Part shown: positions 63,456 through 64,000 of the stretch, piece by piece
Layout: the number at the start of each line of letters is the position of its first letter
Position numbering within the stretch: the first letter of the stretch is position 1
Assembly: GCA_043228905.1 (NCBI GenBank)
Contig: JBHGNT010000006.1
Location: 21,824,001-21,888,000 of the forward strand
Reading direction: 5' to 3'
Length of the DNA: 64,000 bases
From: Azolla caroliniana
Lineage: Eukaryota; Plantae; Polypodiophyta
Translations under genes and position numbers: made by a program
Notes under the pieces: generated by a model
Databases searched by the model: none
What the model was told of the DNA's origin: nothing
The model's input: only the letters and a program-made list of their open reading frames with translations

Positions 63456-64000
63456 CAATATGGCACGCCCGTGGGAAAATGCCTTGCACGTCGATCCCAC
63501 ATGCCTTGATGATGATATTTCTTCGACCAAAACTTCCATCGGTCCTTTCATTGATCGACTCCCTCGATCGGAGTGCTTGACTCGAACATCTTTGTCAGTC
63601 AGCGATTCTTCTGCGACACGAACATTCTCATTCTGTCGACTTACGAACTTTGGTAACATTATTTGGGTCATCAAAAAACATTGTATGTATGTGTGTTCTT
63701 TTTTGTATCTTGTGAGTCACGTGTGGATCACATCCATTTCTTTTAGGTTGATGAGTTTTTGAAATTCTGTTGGTGCCTTTCAGTTTTGAAAATTCTAGTA
63801 TGTACCCTCATGTTTTTTAAAATTTTGCACATGCCCTTAGGTTTTTTTCGAAATTCCTTGGATGCTTTTTATCCTACTCTTTTTCTCCCACTCTTTTTTC
63901 TGTTTTCTCTTCTTTCTCTTCCTGTATGCGGATCTCGTCTTGTCTCTGTCAGAGACAGTTCTTGTTTCTCTCTTCTTCTTCTGCGACCACCACTATTTCT

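Noticed and set aside
63336-63762. Short overlapping ORFs at the right end of the window
   Set aside because: No recognisable domain, partly overlapping an LTR, and cannot be assessed at the window edge.

Overview
Eukaryotic, transposon-dense DNA from a land plant. A non-seed plant such as a fern or bryophyte is an unconfirmed guess based on the TE content. Only two convincing host genes are visible: a divergently oriented pair of intronless BPS1/DUF793-like ORFs (21351-22562 on -, 34786-35718 on +). There is also a tandem array of four tRNA-Thr(UGU)-like copies (46248-47025), of which one looks intact. The rest is nested mobile DNA: degenerate Ty1/copia elements; a young, nearly intact chromodomain Ty3/gypsy element (49485-56478; 455-bp LTRs, AAGAT TSD, TG...TA ends); RTE LINEs, one family sitting in (CT)n tracts; six TSD-bounded L1-type insertions sharing a 3' motif; two hAT-like MITEs; and a solo LTR. 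The most unusual object is a 3.9-kb TIR element (58231-62147). Its centre is an array of about 50-bp palindromes, spaced about 150 bp apart in the left half, that changes orientation around a perfect 33-bp-arm palindrome almost exactly at the element midpoint. All coordinates and alignments were done by eye.
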